Both the position numbers and the translations under genes were made by a program. 64,000 nucleotides of DNA, taken from the NCBI GenBank assembly GCA_963707585.1, contig CAVPQP010000003.1:334511-398510 (forward strand), read 5' to 3'. The stretch is from an uncultured Actinomycetes bacterium (GTDB taxonomy: Bacteria > Actinomycetota > Thermoleophilia > Gaiellales > JAICJC01). Below are positions 25,014 to 36,265 of the stretch, piece by piece (position 1 is the first letter of the stretch; every line of letters begins with the position of its first letter). Below the pieces are notes generated by a model, which was not told the origin of the DNA, searched no databases, and worked only from the letters and a program-made list of their open reading frames with translations.

Positions 25014-27258
25014 GAGACGGCGATCGTAACCGCACGCCCGCCACGGCCGCGCGGGCGGCGGCGGCGCAGAGCAGCGCGACCAGCGCACCCTCGACGACCA
25101 TCTGCTCGAACGTGAGCTGCGCGTAGGAGCGGTCGAGTGACCACCCGCAGGCGGCATCGCGGTACGCGATCGGTTTGACGCAGCTCGCGAGCGAGGGGTA
25201 CACGGTGGCGGTCACGAAGCCGCCGAGCGCGGTGATGAACGCCGCGAGCAGGGCGAGCGGGATCGCCAGGCTGCGGGCGCGGGCGGCGGTGACGCCGGCG
25301 ACGACCCCCTGCGCGAGCAGCGCAAGCGAGGCGGTCCAGACGTCGAGCGCGATCGGGAACTCCGGTCGGTAGCGGGTGGAGGCCGCGATCCCCGAGCGCA
25401 CCGCCAGGCGCAGCACGAGCACGGAGGCGAGGACGGCCGCCGCGCCGATCGCGCCGGCGAGCACCGCCTGACCGAGCGCGACCGGCGGCCGGCGCAGCGG
25501 GCCGCCCCCGCCGTCGAGCCATCCCCACGGCGGCGCCTCGGCCGCGACACGGCGCCGCGCTGCCAGCGCCGCCACCGGGAACAGCCATAGGGTGATGACG
25601 CCGAGCCACACGAGCGGGCGGTGGAAGAGGAGGGCGATCCCGGGATCCTCGACGAACTGGTAAACGGCTTCCGGCCCGGGCCAGACGACACCGCGGACGA
25701 TGCGGTAGTCGGCGGCCGTCGCCGCCGTCTCCAGATGGATCAGCGAGCGGGCGGCGTGGGCGTACAGAAAGAGGCCGACACCGAGCGTCAGCACGAGGCT
25801 GCCGGCGAGGAACGCCGCGACCAGGGCCGGGACCGGCGAGCGGCGGCCGGCCGCGGGCAGCCACACATCGGCGGCGGAGGTGAGCCAGGCGACGAACGCC
25901 GCGACGGCGGCGACGGCGACCGCGGCCCAGACGAGGTTCGTCGCGTCCGCGGCGTTCAGGACGGCGTCCTGCGCCGTGATCGCGCTCGAGAGCTCGAGCT
26001 GCTGGCCGGCGAGGAGGCCGGCGGCGAGCGCCGCGCCGAGCCTCCAGCCGCCGGCGGGCCGCCGCCCGCGCGCGAGCGCCGCGAACGCGCCCCGCCAGGC
26101 GCCGATGCCGACGACTCCGACCGCGAGAGGCGCGAACACGAGCGCCGAGATCCACCACGTCGAGAGCGCCTCGAGCGGCACCAGCCCCACGTAGCCGAGG
26201 ACGTCCGTGACCTCCTGGTAGGCGACGGTGGCCGCAACGCCGACCCCGAACGCCTCGAGGGTACCCAGCGAGAACAGGGAGTCGGTCGAGTCGAGCACGG
26301 CGGCGCGTACGCTCGCGGGCGGGTGCTTGGCGAGCAGGCGATCGCGCAGGCCGCGCGGCCGGTCGGGGATCGAGAGCAGGACGCGCCGCAGCGCTCCGCC
26401 CGGCTCGGCGGTTGCCGCGCGCAGGTCGGCGTAGCTCTCGCGCGCACGCAGCACCGAGTTGCGCGAGAGGTAGACGAGCGCCGTCAGCGCCGCGAGCCGC
26501 CACGCGATCGCCGCGATCGTCCCGGCCGACTCGTGCCGCAGCGTCGGCAGGAACGGCGCGACCGCAGCCGCCAGGAAGGCGTACCAGATCGCGACGGTGA
26601 AGTAGGTGGCGTCGACGTCGCGGTTGCGCAGGTGCCCGAGCTCGTGCAGCACGACGGCCCGAAAGGCGGGTGGATCGGTCGCGTGGCGCACGACCAGCCC
26701 GCCCGAGAGGGCGACGTAGCGCCGCCCCGGGCGGCCGAAGGCCAGGCCGGTCACGGCGGGGTCGAGCGGGTTCCAGACCACCTCCGGCGTCCGCCGCAGT
26801 CCGGAGACCGCCGCGAGCCGGCCGATCTCGGCTGCTACGGCGGGCGAGTCCTCGGCCGTGAACGGCACGAGCCGGCGGCGGCGCAGCTTGACCGGCGGGA
26901 TGCACAGCATGATCGCGACGGCCAGGCCGAGCACGCAGACGACGACGCCGAGCATGAAGATCCCGCGGGGCCGGTTGATCGCCTGGAGGCAGTCCGAGAA
27001 GCGGCGGTTGGCGGCCGCAACGGCGTTCAGGTCGACCGCGGTGCGCACGTCGACCGCGTGCTCGTCCTGGCAGGCGAGGCGGCGGACGACCTCGTGGTGC
27101 TTGTCCTCGAAGCTGACGTAGAGCCAGCTCGACAGGAACAGGCTCACGCCGACGACCGACGCGACCAGGAGCGCCAGGCGGTACGTCGTCTCGGACGGGA
27201 ACGCGAACGGGTTCAGCCGCGGCGGCCGCCCGTCCGGCTCGCCGCCCGCGGCGCTCAT
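25006..27258 (-). CDS. M48 (HtpX-like) zinc metalloprotease with a large multi-TM C-terminal domain
   Basis: Intact 750-aa ORF; VVLHELGHLRNRD (HExxH), RARESYADLRA, KHPP; many hydrophobic helices. Confidence 0.85.
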   Translation of the reverse strand: MSAAGGEPDGRPPRLNPFAFPSETTYRLALLVASVVGVSLFLSSWLYVSFEDKHHEVVRRLACQDEHAVDVRTAVDLNAVAAANRRFSDCLQAINRPRGIFMLGVVVCVLGLAVAIMLCIPPVKLRRRRLVPFTAEDSPAVAAEIGRLAAVSGLRRTPEVVWNPLDPAVTGLAFGRPGRRYVALSGGLVVRHATDPPAFRAVVLHELGHLRNRDVDATYFTVAIWYAFLAAAVAPFLPTLRHESAGTIAAIAWRLAALTALVYLSRNSVLRARESYADLRAATAEPGGALRRVLLSIPDRPRGLRDRLLAKHPPASVRAAVLDSTDSLFSLGTLEAFGVGVAATVAYQEVTDVLGYVGLVPLEALSTWWISALVFAPLAVGVVGIGAWRGAFAALARGRRPAGGWRLGAALAAGLLAGQQLELSSAITAQDAVLNAADATNLVWAAVAVAAVAAFVAWLTSAADVWLPAAGRRSPVPALVAAFLAGSLVLTLGVGLFLYAHAARSLIHLETAATAADYRIVRGVVWPGPEAVYQFVEDPGIALLFHRPLVWLGVITLWLFPVAALAARRRVAAEAPPWGWLDGGGGPLRRPPVALGQAVLAGAIGAAAVLASVLVLRLAVRSGIAASTRYRPEFPIALDVWTASLALLAQGVVAGVTAARARSLAIPLALLAAFITALGGFVTATVYPSLASCVKPIAYRDAACGWSLDRSYAQLTFEQMVVEGALVALLCAAAARAAVAGVRLRSPSRD

Positions 27259-27755
27259 CCCGGCGAGAGGCCGCCGACGAGCGAGTCGGCCAGCAGGTCG
27301 GCCGTGGCTTCGGGCAGCTGCATCTGGCGCGCCTTCTCGAGCGCGACGCGGCGCACCTCGCGCAGCTGCTCCGGCGAGAGCAGCGGGGCCTGCGGCGGTG
27401 CATCCGCGGCGGGCTCGGGATCGTCGCCGACGCCGATTCGATGCAGCAGCCGCGCCGTCGCTCCGTCGACCGCCGCTCCCGCCTCGGCCTCGGCCGTCGC
27501 GCGCACGTGGTCGAGGACGAAGTCGACGACGCGCCGGGCGACGTCGAGGGCGACCGGCGTCAGCAGGAGCGCGGCCTCGCCGGGGCCGAAGCCGAGCATG
27601 TCGTCGGAGGCCGGGCGCGCTGCGAGCAGGCTCTCGGGATCCTCGAAGTACGCCCGGCTCGTCGCCCGGAAGAGCGGCAGCTCGGCCGGTGCGGCGCTCG
27701 CCACGGCGCGGCGGGCCAGCGCTGCCACCAGCTCGTCTTCTCGACCTTCACCCAT
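27255..27755 (-). CDS. Small hypothetical protein coupled to the M48 protease
   Basis: 166-aa ORF; APAELPLF, DDMLGFG, LLTPVAL; GCAGGAG RBS; ATGA overlap with the M48 gene. Confidence 0.8.
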   Translation of the reverse strand: MGEGREDELVAALARRAVASAAPAELPLFRATSRAYFEDPESLLAARPASDDMLGFGPGEAALLLTPVALDVARRVVDFVLDHVRATAEAEAGAAVDGATARLLHRIGVGDDPEPAADAPPQAPLLSPEQLREVRRVALEKARQMQLPEATADLLADSLVGGLSPG

Positions 27756-27810
27756 CGCACGCTCCTGCCCGGTCGGGATGACCGTACCTCACGGCGGCCC
27801 GTTCGTGTGC

Positions 27811-28627
27811 TCAGCCGAGCTGGGCGACGAGGAAGGCGAGCGTGCGCGCCCACGCGTCGCGGGCCGCGCCGACGCGGTAGGCGGGGCGGGTGTCGTTGAA
27901 GAAGGCGTGCGGCGCACCGGGGTAGACGTGCTGCTCGAACCGCTTGCCGGCCGCCGCCATCGCGTCGGCGAACGCGGGCACCGCGCCCGTGATGCGGCCG
28001 TCTTCGCCGCCGTAGATGCCGAGCAGCGGGCAGGCGATGCCGCCGACGCGCTCGGCCGGCGGCGGCGTCCCGTAGTAGACGACGCCCGCGCGCAGGGCGC
28101 GCTCGTCGCAGGCGAGCAGGCCGACGAGGCCGCCGCCCATGCAGAACCCGATCGCGCCGATCTGGCCGTTGCAGTCGGGGTGGTCGCGCAGGTAGGCGAC
28201 CGCGCCGCGCAGGTCGGCGACGAACTGCGCCGGCGCGGCCATGCCGGCGAACATGGCGTCGAGCGACTCCGCGATCCGGGTGCGCTCGGTCTCGGGCATC
28301 TCCGCGAGCGCCGCCTCGCGCACCTCCGCGTTGCCGAGCCCGCCCGGCGGCAGCGTGTCGGTGAACCGCTTGAGCGCGTCGATGCGGTCGGGGGCGAGCT
28401 CGGGCGGCCGCGCTGCCGCCGTGGGCGTACAGGTCGGGCACGTGGGCGAGGTATCCCGCGGCCGCGATCCTCCCGGCGATGTCGCGGATGTGCCCGTCGG
28501 CGCCCCACCCTTCGTGGATGACGATGACGGCGGGCAGCGCACCCGAGGCGGCCGCGGGCCGCACCATCGTCGCGGGCAGGGCCGCGCCGTTGCTCGTGTA
28601 GCTGACATGCGAGATGGAGTGCTCCAC
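27811..28627 (-). CDS. Dienelactone hydrolase family protein; frameshift near 28415
   Basis: PAVIVIHEGWG, GYLAHVPDLY, IGFCMGG (Cys nucleophile), YGGED, YPGAPHAFFND. Confidence 0.9.
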
Positions 28628-28713
28628 GACGTCCCCCCTGAGTCGCGTCCCCGACCGCGGCAGCATAGCAGCATAAGCTTGCATGCCACAAACAACTTTG
28701 CTACGTTGGGAGC

Positions 28714-30764
<2,051 letters not shown>

Positions 30765-30781
<17 letters not shown>

Positions 30782-31658
30782 CGCGCCGCACCGGCGGCCC
30801 GGCCGGGATCCGGTAGCGGCGCAGGAGCGCGCGCAGGCGGGCGCGGTAGACGTCCATCGCCGGCGTCGGGAAGTCGGCATGCGTCTGGCAGCGCCACGCG
30901 GGGTCGAGCTCGTGGTGGTAGGGCGAGGTGAGGCTCTCGGCGTGGCCGATGACGTCGCCGAGCGGGATGTGGTAGCGCTGCATCAGCCAGGCGGTCAGGT
31001 GCACCGAGGCGCGCATCTGGGCGGCGTCGCCGAGGACGTCGGCGTCGGACATGCCGACGTTCTCGATCCCGAAGGCGGTGGAGTTCAGGCCCGACGGTGT
31101 GCCGGCAGATGACGTCGAGGGGCACGAGCTGGTAGATGGTGCCGTCGCGGTCGACGATGAAGTGCGCGCACGTGCCGGGCAGCTCGTGCAGCTCGGAGTC
31201 GGGCACGTCCTGGGCGAAGAGCGACCACGCCGAGAGCATCGTGGTCGACTCGGTGTAGTGCTCGACGATCACGTGTGGGTGGCGCAGCCGCCACGTGTCG
31301 ATGCCGTAGTGGCGCAGCGCGTATGCGGCCGTCTCGGCGAGGCGATGGGCGGGGAACGGGATCGGCTTCCACACGATCCGGGGGCGGGCGAGGCGCGGCG
31401 GCCGGCGCAGGCGGCGGGGCGGTCGTCGTCGTGGGCGCGGTGGTCGCCGTCGTCGCCGCGGTTGTGGCGGGCGCGGTCGCGGCCGGTCCGAGAGCACGGT
31501 GACCGTCGCCTGCGGCGTCGTGGTCGCCGCCGCGGGCTGGGCCGTGTCCGCCGGCTGAGAGCGAGCGTCCCGACGACGACCACGAGCGCGCCGGCCGCTC
31601 CGATCACCGCGACGGCGGCGATGGCGGCGAGGGGCCGGTGACGGCGCACCCAGGACAT
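30765..31658 (-). CDS. Exported N-acetylmuramoyl-L-alanine amidase (Amidase_2-like) with a Thr/Pro linker; frameshifted
   Basis: N-terminal TM; VIVEHYT, AHFIVDRDGTIYQL, HTVGLN, GIENVG, VIGHAES, THAD. Confidence 0.8.
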
Positions 31659-31682
31659 CGGCGAAGCTTAGGGGCGCCGCTG

Positions 31683-31737
31683 TCTTATGGGGCTCTTGCA
31701 GGGAATTTACGTCGGTCTTAGGATGCCCCCAGATACT
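31683..31737 (+). promoter_or_regulatory. Probable autoregulatory MprA-type repeat array and -10
   Basis: Hexamers in 11-bp phase: TCTTAT 31683, TCTTGC 31694, ATTTAC 31705, TCTTAG 31716; then 10 nt, GATACT, and GTG six nt later. Confidence 0.5.
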
Positions 31738-31743
31738 GTGCCT

Positions 31744-32418
31744 GTGGAAGTCCTGATAGTCGATGACGAGCCGGCGGTGGTCGACGCGCTCGACCGTGCG
31801 CTGGTGCAGGAGGGCTACAGCGTCGCCTCGGCCGGAGACGGCCGCACCGCGCTCGAACGGGTCGCGAGCGCCCGCCCGGACGCCGTCATCCTCGACGTGA
31901 TGATGCCGCACATGAGCGGCCTCGAGGTGTGCCGGCGGCTGCGCGCGAACGGCGACCGCACCCCGGTGCTGATGCTGACGGCGCGCGACCAGGTGACCGA
32001 CCGCGTCGCCGGCCTCGACGCGGGCGCCGACGACTACCTGGCCAAGCCGTTCGCGCTCGAGGAGCTGCTCGCGCGGCTGCGCGCGCTCTTGCGCCGCACG
32101 ACGAACGAGGACGACCAGGGCGTGCTGCGCTTCGCCGATCTCACCATCGACCCGAACACGTACGAGGCCCGCCGCGGCGACCGCGTCATCGAGACGACCC
32201 GCACCGAGTACCTGCTGCTCGAGCTCCTGATGCGGCACCCGCGCCAGGTGCTCACGCGGGCGACGATCTTCGAGCGGGTGTGGGGGTACGACTTCGGCTA
32301 CGCCTCGAACTCGCTCGACGTCTACATCGGCTACCTGCGCCGCAAGACCGAGGCCGCCGGCGAGCCGCGGCTGATCCACACCAAGCGCGGGATCGGCTAC
32401 GTGCTGCGGGAGCCGTGA
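31744..32418 (+). CDS. OmpR-family response regulator, MprA-like
   Basis: [66 protein letters not shown], characteristic of the MprA group. Confidence 0.92.
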   Translation: MEVLIVDDEPAVVDALDRALVQEGYSVASAGDGRTALERVASARPDAVILDVMMPHMSGLEVCRRLRANGDRTPVLMLTARDQVTDRVAGLDAGADDYLAKPFALEELLARLRALLRRTTNEDDQGVLRFADLTIDPNTYEARRGDRVIETTRTEYLLLELLMRHPRQVLTRATIFERVWGYDFGYASNSLDVYIGYLRRKTEAAGEPRLIHTKRGIGYVLREP

Positions 32419-33774
32419 GCTTCCGCCTCCGCCTGACGATGGCCGTCGCCGCGGCAGTGGCGCTCGCGGTCGCCGTCGCCTGCGCCATCGCCTACGTGGT
32501 CGTGGGCCAGCAGCTCCACGGGCAGATCGACTCGAGCCTCGAGGCGCAGGCCGCGGTGCTGAGCCATTCGCCTGTGCCGCCCGCTCTCCGCGCACGCCTG
32601 GGAGGCCCGTTCGCAAGCGCCGACACCTACTACTGGCAGGCCGTCTACCCGGACAGCTTCGTCCAGCAGCCCACGTACTTCGCCGGCATGCGGAGAGCTG
32701 CCGGTGACCCAGGCGGCGCTCGATGCGGCCAACGGCCAGAGGCCCACGGTCATCACGACCATGACGGTGCACGGCATCCACCTGCGGGTCGCGACGGTGT
32801 CGGCGGGCCCCGGCGTGGCGGTGCAGATCGCCCGCCGGCTGACCGACGCCGACATCGTCCTCTCGAAGCTGCGGACGTGGTTTCTGATCGTCGCGGCCGG
32901 CGGGGTGGCGCTCGCGGCGCTGCTCGGCGCGTTCGTCGCCCGCGAGGCGCTGCGGCCGGTGCGCAGGCTCACCGAGACGGCCGAGCACGTCGCCGAGACG
33001 TACGACCTGTCCGAGCGGATCGACGTGCGCGGGAACGACGAGCTGACACGGCTCGCCGTCAGCTTCAACACGATGCTCGCGGCGCTCGAGCAGGCGGTCG
33101 CCGCCCAGCGCCAGCTGGTCGCCGACGCCTCGCACGAGCTGCGCACTCCGCTCACCAGCCTGCGCACGAACTTCGAGGTGCTGCTGCGCCCCGGCCCGCT
33201 GCCCGACGAGAGCCGCCGCAAGCTCGAGCGCGACGTGCACCAGCAGTTCGCCGAGATGGCCGCGCTCGTGGGCGACATCGTGGAGCTCGCGCGCGACGGC
33301 CAGGAGCCGGCCGAGGAGGACGACGTGCGCCTCGACGTGCTCGTCGCCGATGCGGTGGAGCGGGCCGAGCGCAACGCCCGCGACGTCCACTTCCGGCTCG
33401 TCGCCCAGCCGACGCTCGTGCGCGGGGTGCCGGCGCGGCTCGACCGGGCCGTGACCAACCTGCTGGACAACGCCGCCAAGTGGAGCCCGGCCGGCGAGGT
33501 CGTCGAGGTCGAGGTCGCGGGCGGGACCGTCGGCGTGCGCGACCATGGCCCGGGCATCTCCGACGAGGACCTGCCGTTCATCTTCGACCGCTTCTACCGT
33601 TCGGTGGAGGCCCGCAGCATGTCGGGCTCCGGCCTCGGCCTCGCGATCGTGCGCCAGGTCGCGGAGGCGCACCGCGGCCAGGTCAGCGTGGAGCGGCCGC
33701 CGGGCGGAGGCAGCCGTTTCGTCCTCGCCGTGCCGGCGCTGGCCGTGCCGAGCGAGGACCTCGTCGACGCCTGA
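32415..33774 (+). CDS. HAMP-HisKA-HATPase sensor kinase, MprB-like; frameshift near 32700
   Basis: [52 protein letters not shown]; GTGA overlap with the regulator gene. Confidence 0.92.
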
Positions 33775-33783
33775 GACGCGGGC

Positions 33784-33873
33784 TCAGGAGCGGGTGGGAG
33801 GGGCGTCGCGTACAGGTTGCAGGACCGCGACGCCGTCCGGGTTGCGCTGGCCACATTGCGGGCAGATCGTCAC
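33784..33873 (-). pseudogene. Zinc-ribbon fragment or micro-ORF
   Basis: VTICPQCGQRNPDG; a one-base shift gives ..SRSCNLYATPL, resembling N-terminal zinc ribbons (CxxCGxxN...CxxC) of class III cyclase/AAA proteins. Confidence 0.4.
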
Positions 33874-33927
33874 CGGATCAGTCGACGGTGGCAGACGGGG
33901 CGGCTTCGGCCGCAGATCTCGACAAAC

Positions 33928-33971
33928 CCTTAGGTCGCGCTCAGACAGTTCTTAGGTGGCGTGTGTTCAAT
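33928..33971 (+). promoter_or_regulatory. Triple MprA-type direct repeat with candidate -10
   Basis: CCTTAG-gtcgc-GCTCAG-acagt-TCTTAG (33928-33955), then 10 nt, then TTCAAT preceded by TGTG. Confidence 0.6.
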
Positions 33972-33977
33972 AGCACT

Positions 33978-34140
33978 CGAAAGGTCGCGTGACCCGCCTC
34001 GGAGATGCCCGGGGGAGCCCGCGAGCCGGCTCTCGGGAGACGAGCCGGCCGCTGGGCCCCCGGTGCGTCGCAGGGCACGCGGCAGGCGGTGAACCCGCCC
34101 GGCCCAACGGGTAACCCCTCCCCGCGGCCGGGCGGGATAT
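33978..34140 (+). ncRNA. Candidate structured small RNA, family unknown
   Basis: Nested stems CCGCCT/AGGCGG, TGCCC/GGGCA, CCGGGG/CCCCGG and GCCGGCTC/GAGCCGGC, plus an 11-bp hairpin 34094-34136 with a CCCCTCCCC loop; no credible ORF; lies downstream of the repeat promoter. Confidence 0.4.
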
Positions 34141-34157
34141 CACCCGGGGACGGTCGC

Positions 34158-35858
34158 TCAGGCGCCGACGGCGACGATGTCGGGCTGCTGCTCGGCCTCG
34201 ACCTCGGCGCCGGGGAGGTGGAACGAGATCCGTGTGCCCTCGCCGGGCGTGGAGTCGATCTCGATCTCGCCGCCGGCGAGCCGGATCCGCTCGATCGTCG
34301 CGTCGAGGCCCAGGTGCATGCGGGTGCGATGGCGGTCGAGCGCCCGGTGGACGTCGAAGCCGCGGCCGTCGTCGGTGATCCTGCCGTGCAGGCTGCCGCC
34401 GTCGTGCCGCAGCGTCACCTCGAGCCGGTGGGCGCGGGCGTGGCGGCGGACGTTCGCAACCCCCTCGCGCACGATCCGGTAGACGAGGGTCTCGAACGCC
34501 TCGGAGTAGCGCGGCACGTCCACGTGCGCCTCGACGTCGAGGCCGAGCTCGTGGTTCGCGTGGTCGACGAGGTCGCGCACGGCGGGGGCGAGGCCGTGCG
34601 CCTCGAGCAGCGGCGGGCGCAGCTCGAACATGAGCCGGCGGGTGCGCTCGAGGGTGAGCGCGAGCGTGTCGCGGGCCTGGCGTGCAGCCTCGGCCGCGGC
34701 CTCGGGCTCGCCGCGCTCGTCGGACAGCCGCTGCCGGTCGAGTGAGAGCAGCGTGGCGGTCAGCACCTGGACGGTGTCGTCGTGGAGCTCCTCTGCGATC
34801 CGCGCCCGCTCGTCGGCCTCGGCGCGCAGCATCTGGTTCAGCACCTGCCGCCGCTGCTCCTCGGCGTCCACCAGGGCGTCGCGCAGCTGCTCGCTCTCAC
34901 GCAGCCGCCGGAAGCTCAGCGACACGCGCAGCGCGACTGCCAGGAGCACCAGCACCGAGAGCGCCGTCGCGACCTGGTTGGCGGCACCGACGAGGTTGAG
35001 CGCCTGGAGCGTGACGGCGATCAGGGCGAACACGGCGGTGAATCCGACGACGGGCCGGCCCGGCGTCGCGCGCGGCGCGCCGGAGGGCACGATCGCGGCG
35101 GTCGCCATCAGCGTCGCCGCGAGCGGGACGAGCGTCTGGCGCCAGCCGCCGGGCAGGCCTGCGACCTCCGCGGTGCCGTGGTAGAGCGAGAGCATGTCGG
35201 CGGCGGCCAGCACGACGCCGCCGGTGAAGAGCAGCCACCGCTCACGCTGTCCGCGCGACGCGGCGAGCGCCGCGCACCCAGCCATGACGCCGAGCACCGC
35301 CAGGTCGGACGCGACCCAGATCCCGTCGACGGCGATGCCGCGCACCTGCTGGTGGGTGTGGGCGAGCAGCGGCCGCAGCCCGACCTCGGCGACGACGGCC
35401 GCCAAGGTGACGCCGCCGATGAGCCCGTCCACCACGAGGCCGGCGTCGAATCGCGCTGACCGGCTGCGCGCGAGCAGGACGACGCAGGCGATCACGAACG
35501 GGTAGAAGGTCAGCCAGAGCAGCGCCGCGGAAGGCGTGAAGGAGGCCATCCCCTGGTGCAGGTGCGGCGCGGCGGCGAGGGCCACCGACCCGTACCCGAC
35601 GAGGCCGATCGCAAGCGCGCCCCATGCCGCCCGGTCCTCCCGGTCGGCAAGGCTGCGGCCGAGCACGGCGAGTCCGCACAGGATCACGGCGGCCGCGTAG
35701 AGATGCGCGTCGACGGCTGAGCCGTACCACGACCCGGCCGGGCCGCGGACGAGGCGGCCGACGTGCACGGCCGTCAGCCCGAGCGCTGCCGCGGGGAGGG
35801 CGGCGAGCAGCAGGTGGCGGCGGCGGCGCAGGTGCGGATGTGTCGATGCGAGTTGCAC
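34158..35858 (-). CDS. Orphan multi-TM sensor histidine kinase (HisKA_3, NarX-like)
   Basis: About 9 TM segments; ERARIAEELHDDTVQ, ELRPPLLE, YRIVREGVANVRRHA, DDGRGFD, STPGEGT; no adjacent response regulator. Confidence 0.88.
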   Translation of the reverse strand: MQLASTHPHLRRRRHLLLAALPAAALGLTAVHVGRLVRGPAGSWYGSAVDAHLYAAAVILCGLAVLGRSLADREDRAAWGALAIGLVGYGSVALAAAPHLHQGMASFTPSAALLWLTFYPFVIACVVLLARSRSARFDAGLVVDGLIGGVTLAAVVAEVGLRPLLAHTHQQVRGIAVDGIWVASDLAVLGVMAGCAALAASRGQRERWLLFTGGVVLAAADMLSLYHGTAEVAGLPGGWRQTLVPLAATLMATAAIVPSGAPRATPGRPVVGFTAVFALIAVTLQALNLVGAANQVATALSVLVLLAVALRVSLSFRRLRESEQLRDALVDAEEQRRQVLNQMLRAEADERARIAEELHDDTVQVLTATLLSLDRQRLSDERGEPEAAAEAARQARDTLALTLERTRRLMFELRPPLLEAHGLAPAVRDLVDHANHELGLDVEAHVDVPRYSEAFETLVYRIVREGVANVRRHARAHRLEVTLRHDGGSLHGRITDDGRGFDVHRALDRHRTRMHLGLDATIERIRLAGGEIEIDSTPGEGTRISFHLPGAEVEAEQQPDIVAVGA

Positions 35859-36034
35859 GTCTGAGTATCCTCGCGGCTGCGGGCGCCTCCCTGTCTCCCC
35901 GCATCGGGTGATCGTCCGTCACCCCTCGTGGTGACATACCGAATTCTTACATTTGCAGGCATTTGTTGACTATCGCACAGGTCCTGTCAGACCGGCCACG
36001 TGCGCGGGCCCGCGGCCCGTCCTACAATCTGGCG

Positions 36035-36265
36035 ATGCCAGGCTTCCGGATCGAGCGCACGGCCGAGGGCCGCAGGTCGCTCCGCCTGATCGGCTGTTGC
36101 GGCGATCCCGAGCGGTGGCGGCGCGAGTACGACCAGGTCTTCCTCGAGCAGACGCTCGCAGAGGGCGGGCGGGTGGTCTCGAGCGGGCCCGACGGGGTCG
36201 AGCTGGTCGATGCACGCGGGCGCACGCACCACCTCGGTGCGCACGTGCTCGCCGGCTCAGCCTGA
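36035..36265 (+). CDS. Small hypothetical protein (76 aa) with a CC motif; leaderless
   Basis: TACAAT at 36023-36028, six nt before ATG; MPGFRIERT...LIGCCGDP. Confidence 0.55.
   Translation: MPGFRIERTAEGRRSLRLIGCCGDPERWRREYDQVFLEQTLAEGGRVVSSGPDGVELVDARGRTHHLGAHVLAGSA

Noticed and set aside
31390-31560. Repetitive GTCGTC/GTGGTC tract
   Set aside because: It encodes the Thr/Ala/Pro linker of the amidase; it is not a CRISPR array or DNA repeat.
33978-34140. SRP RNA, RNase P RNA, tmRNA or tRNA identity for the structured region
   Set aside because: No GGAAG..AGCAG SRP loop, GAGGAAAGUCC, or T-loop/CCA signature seen on either strand.
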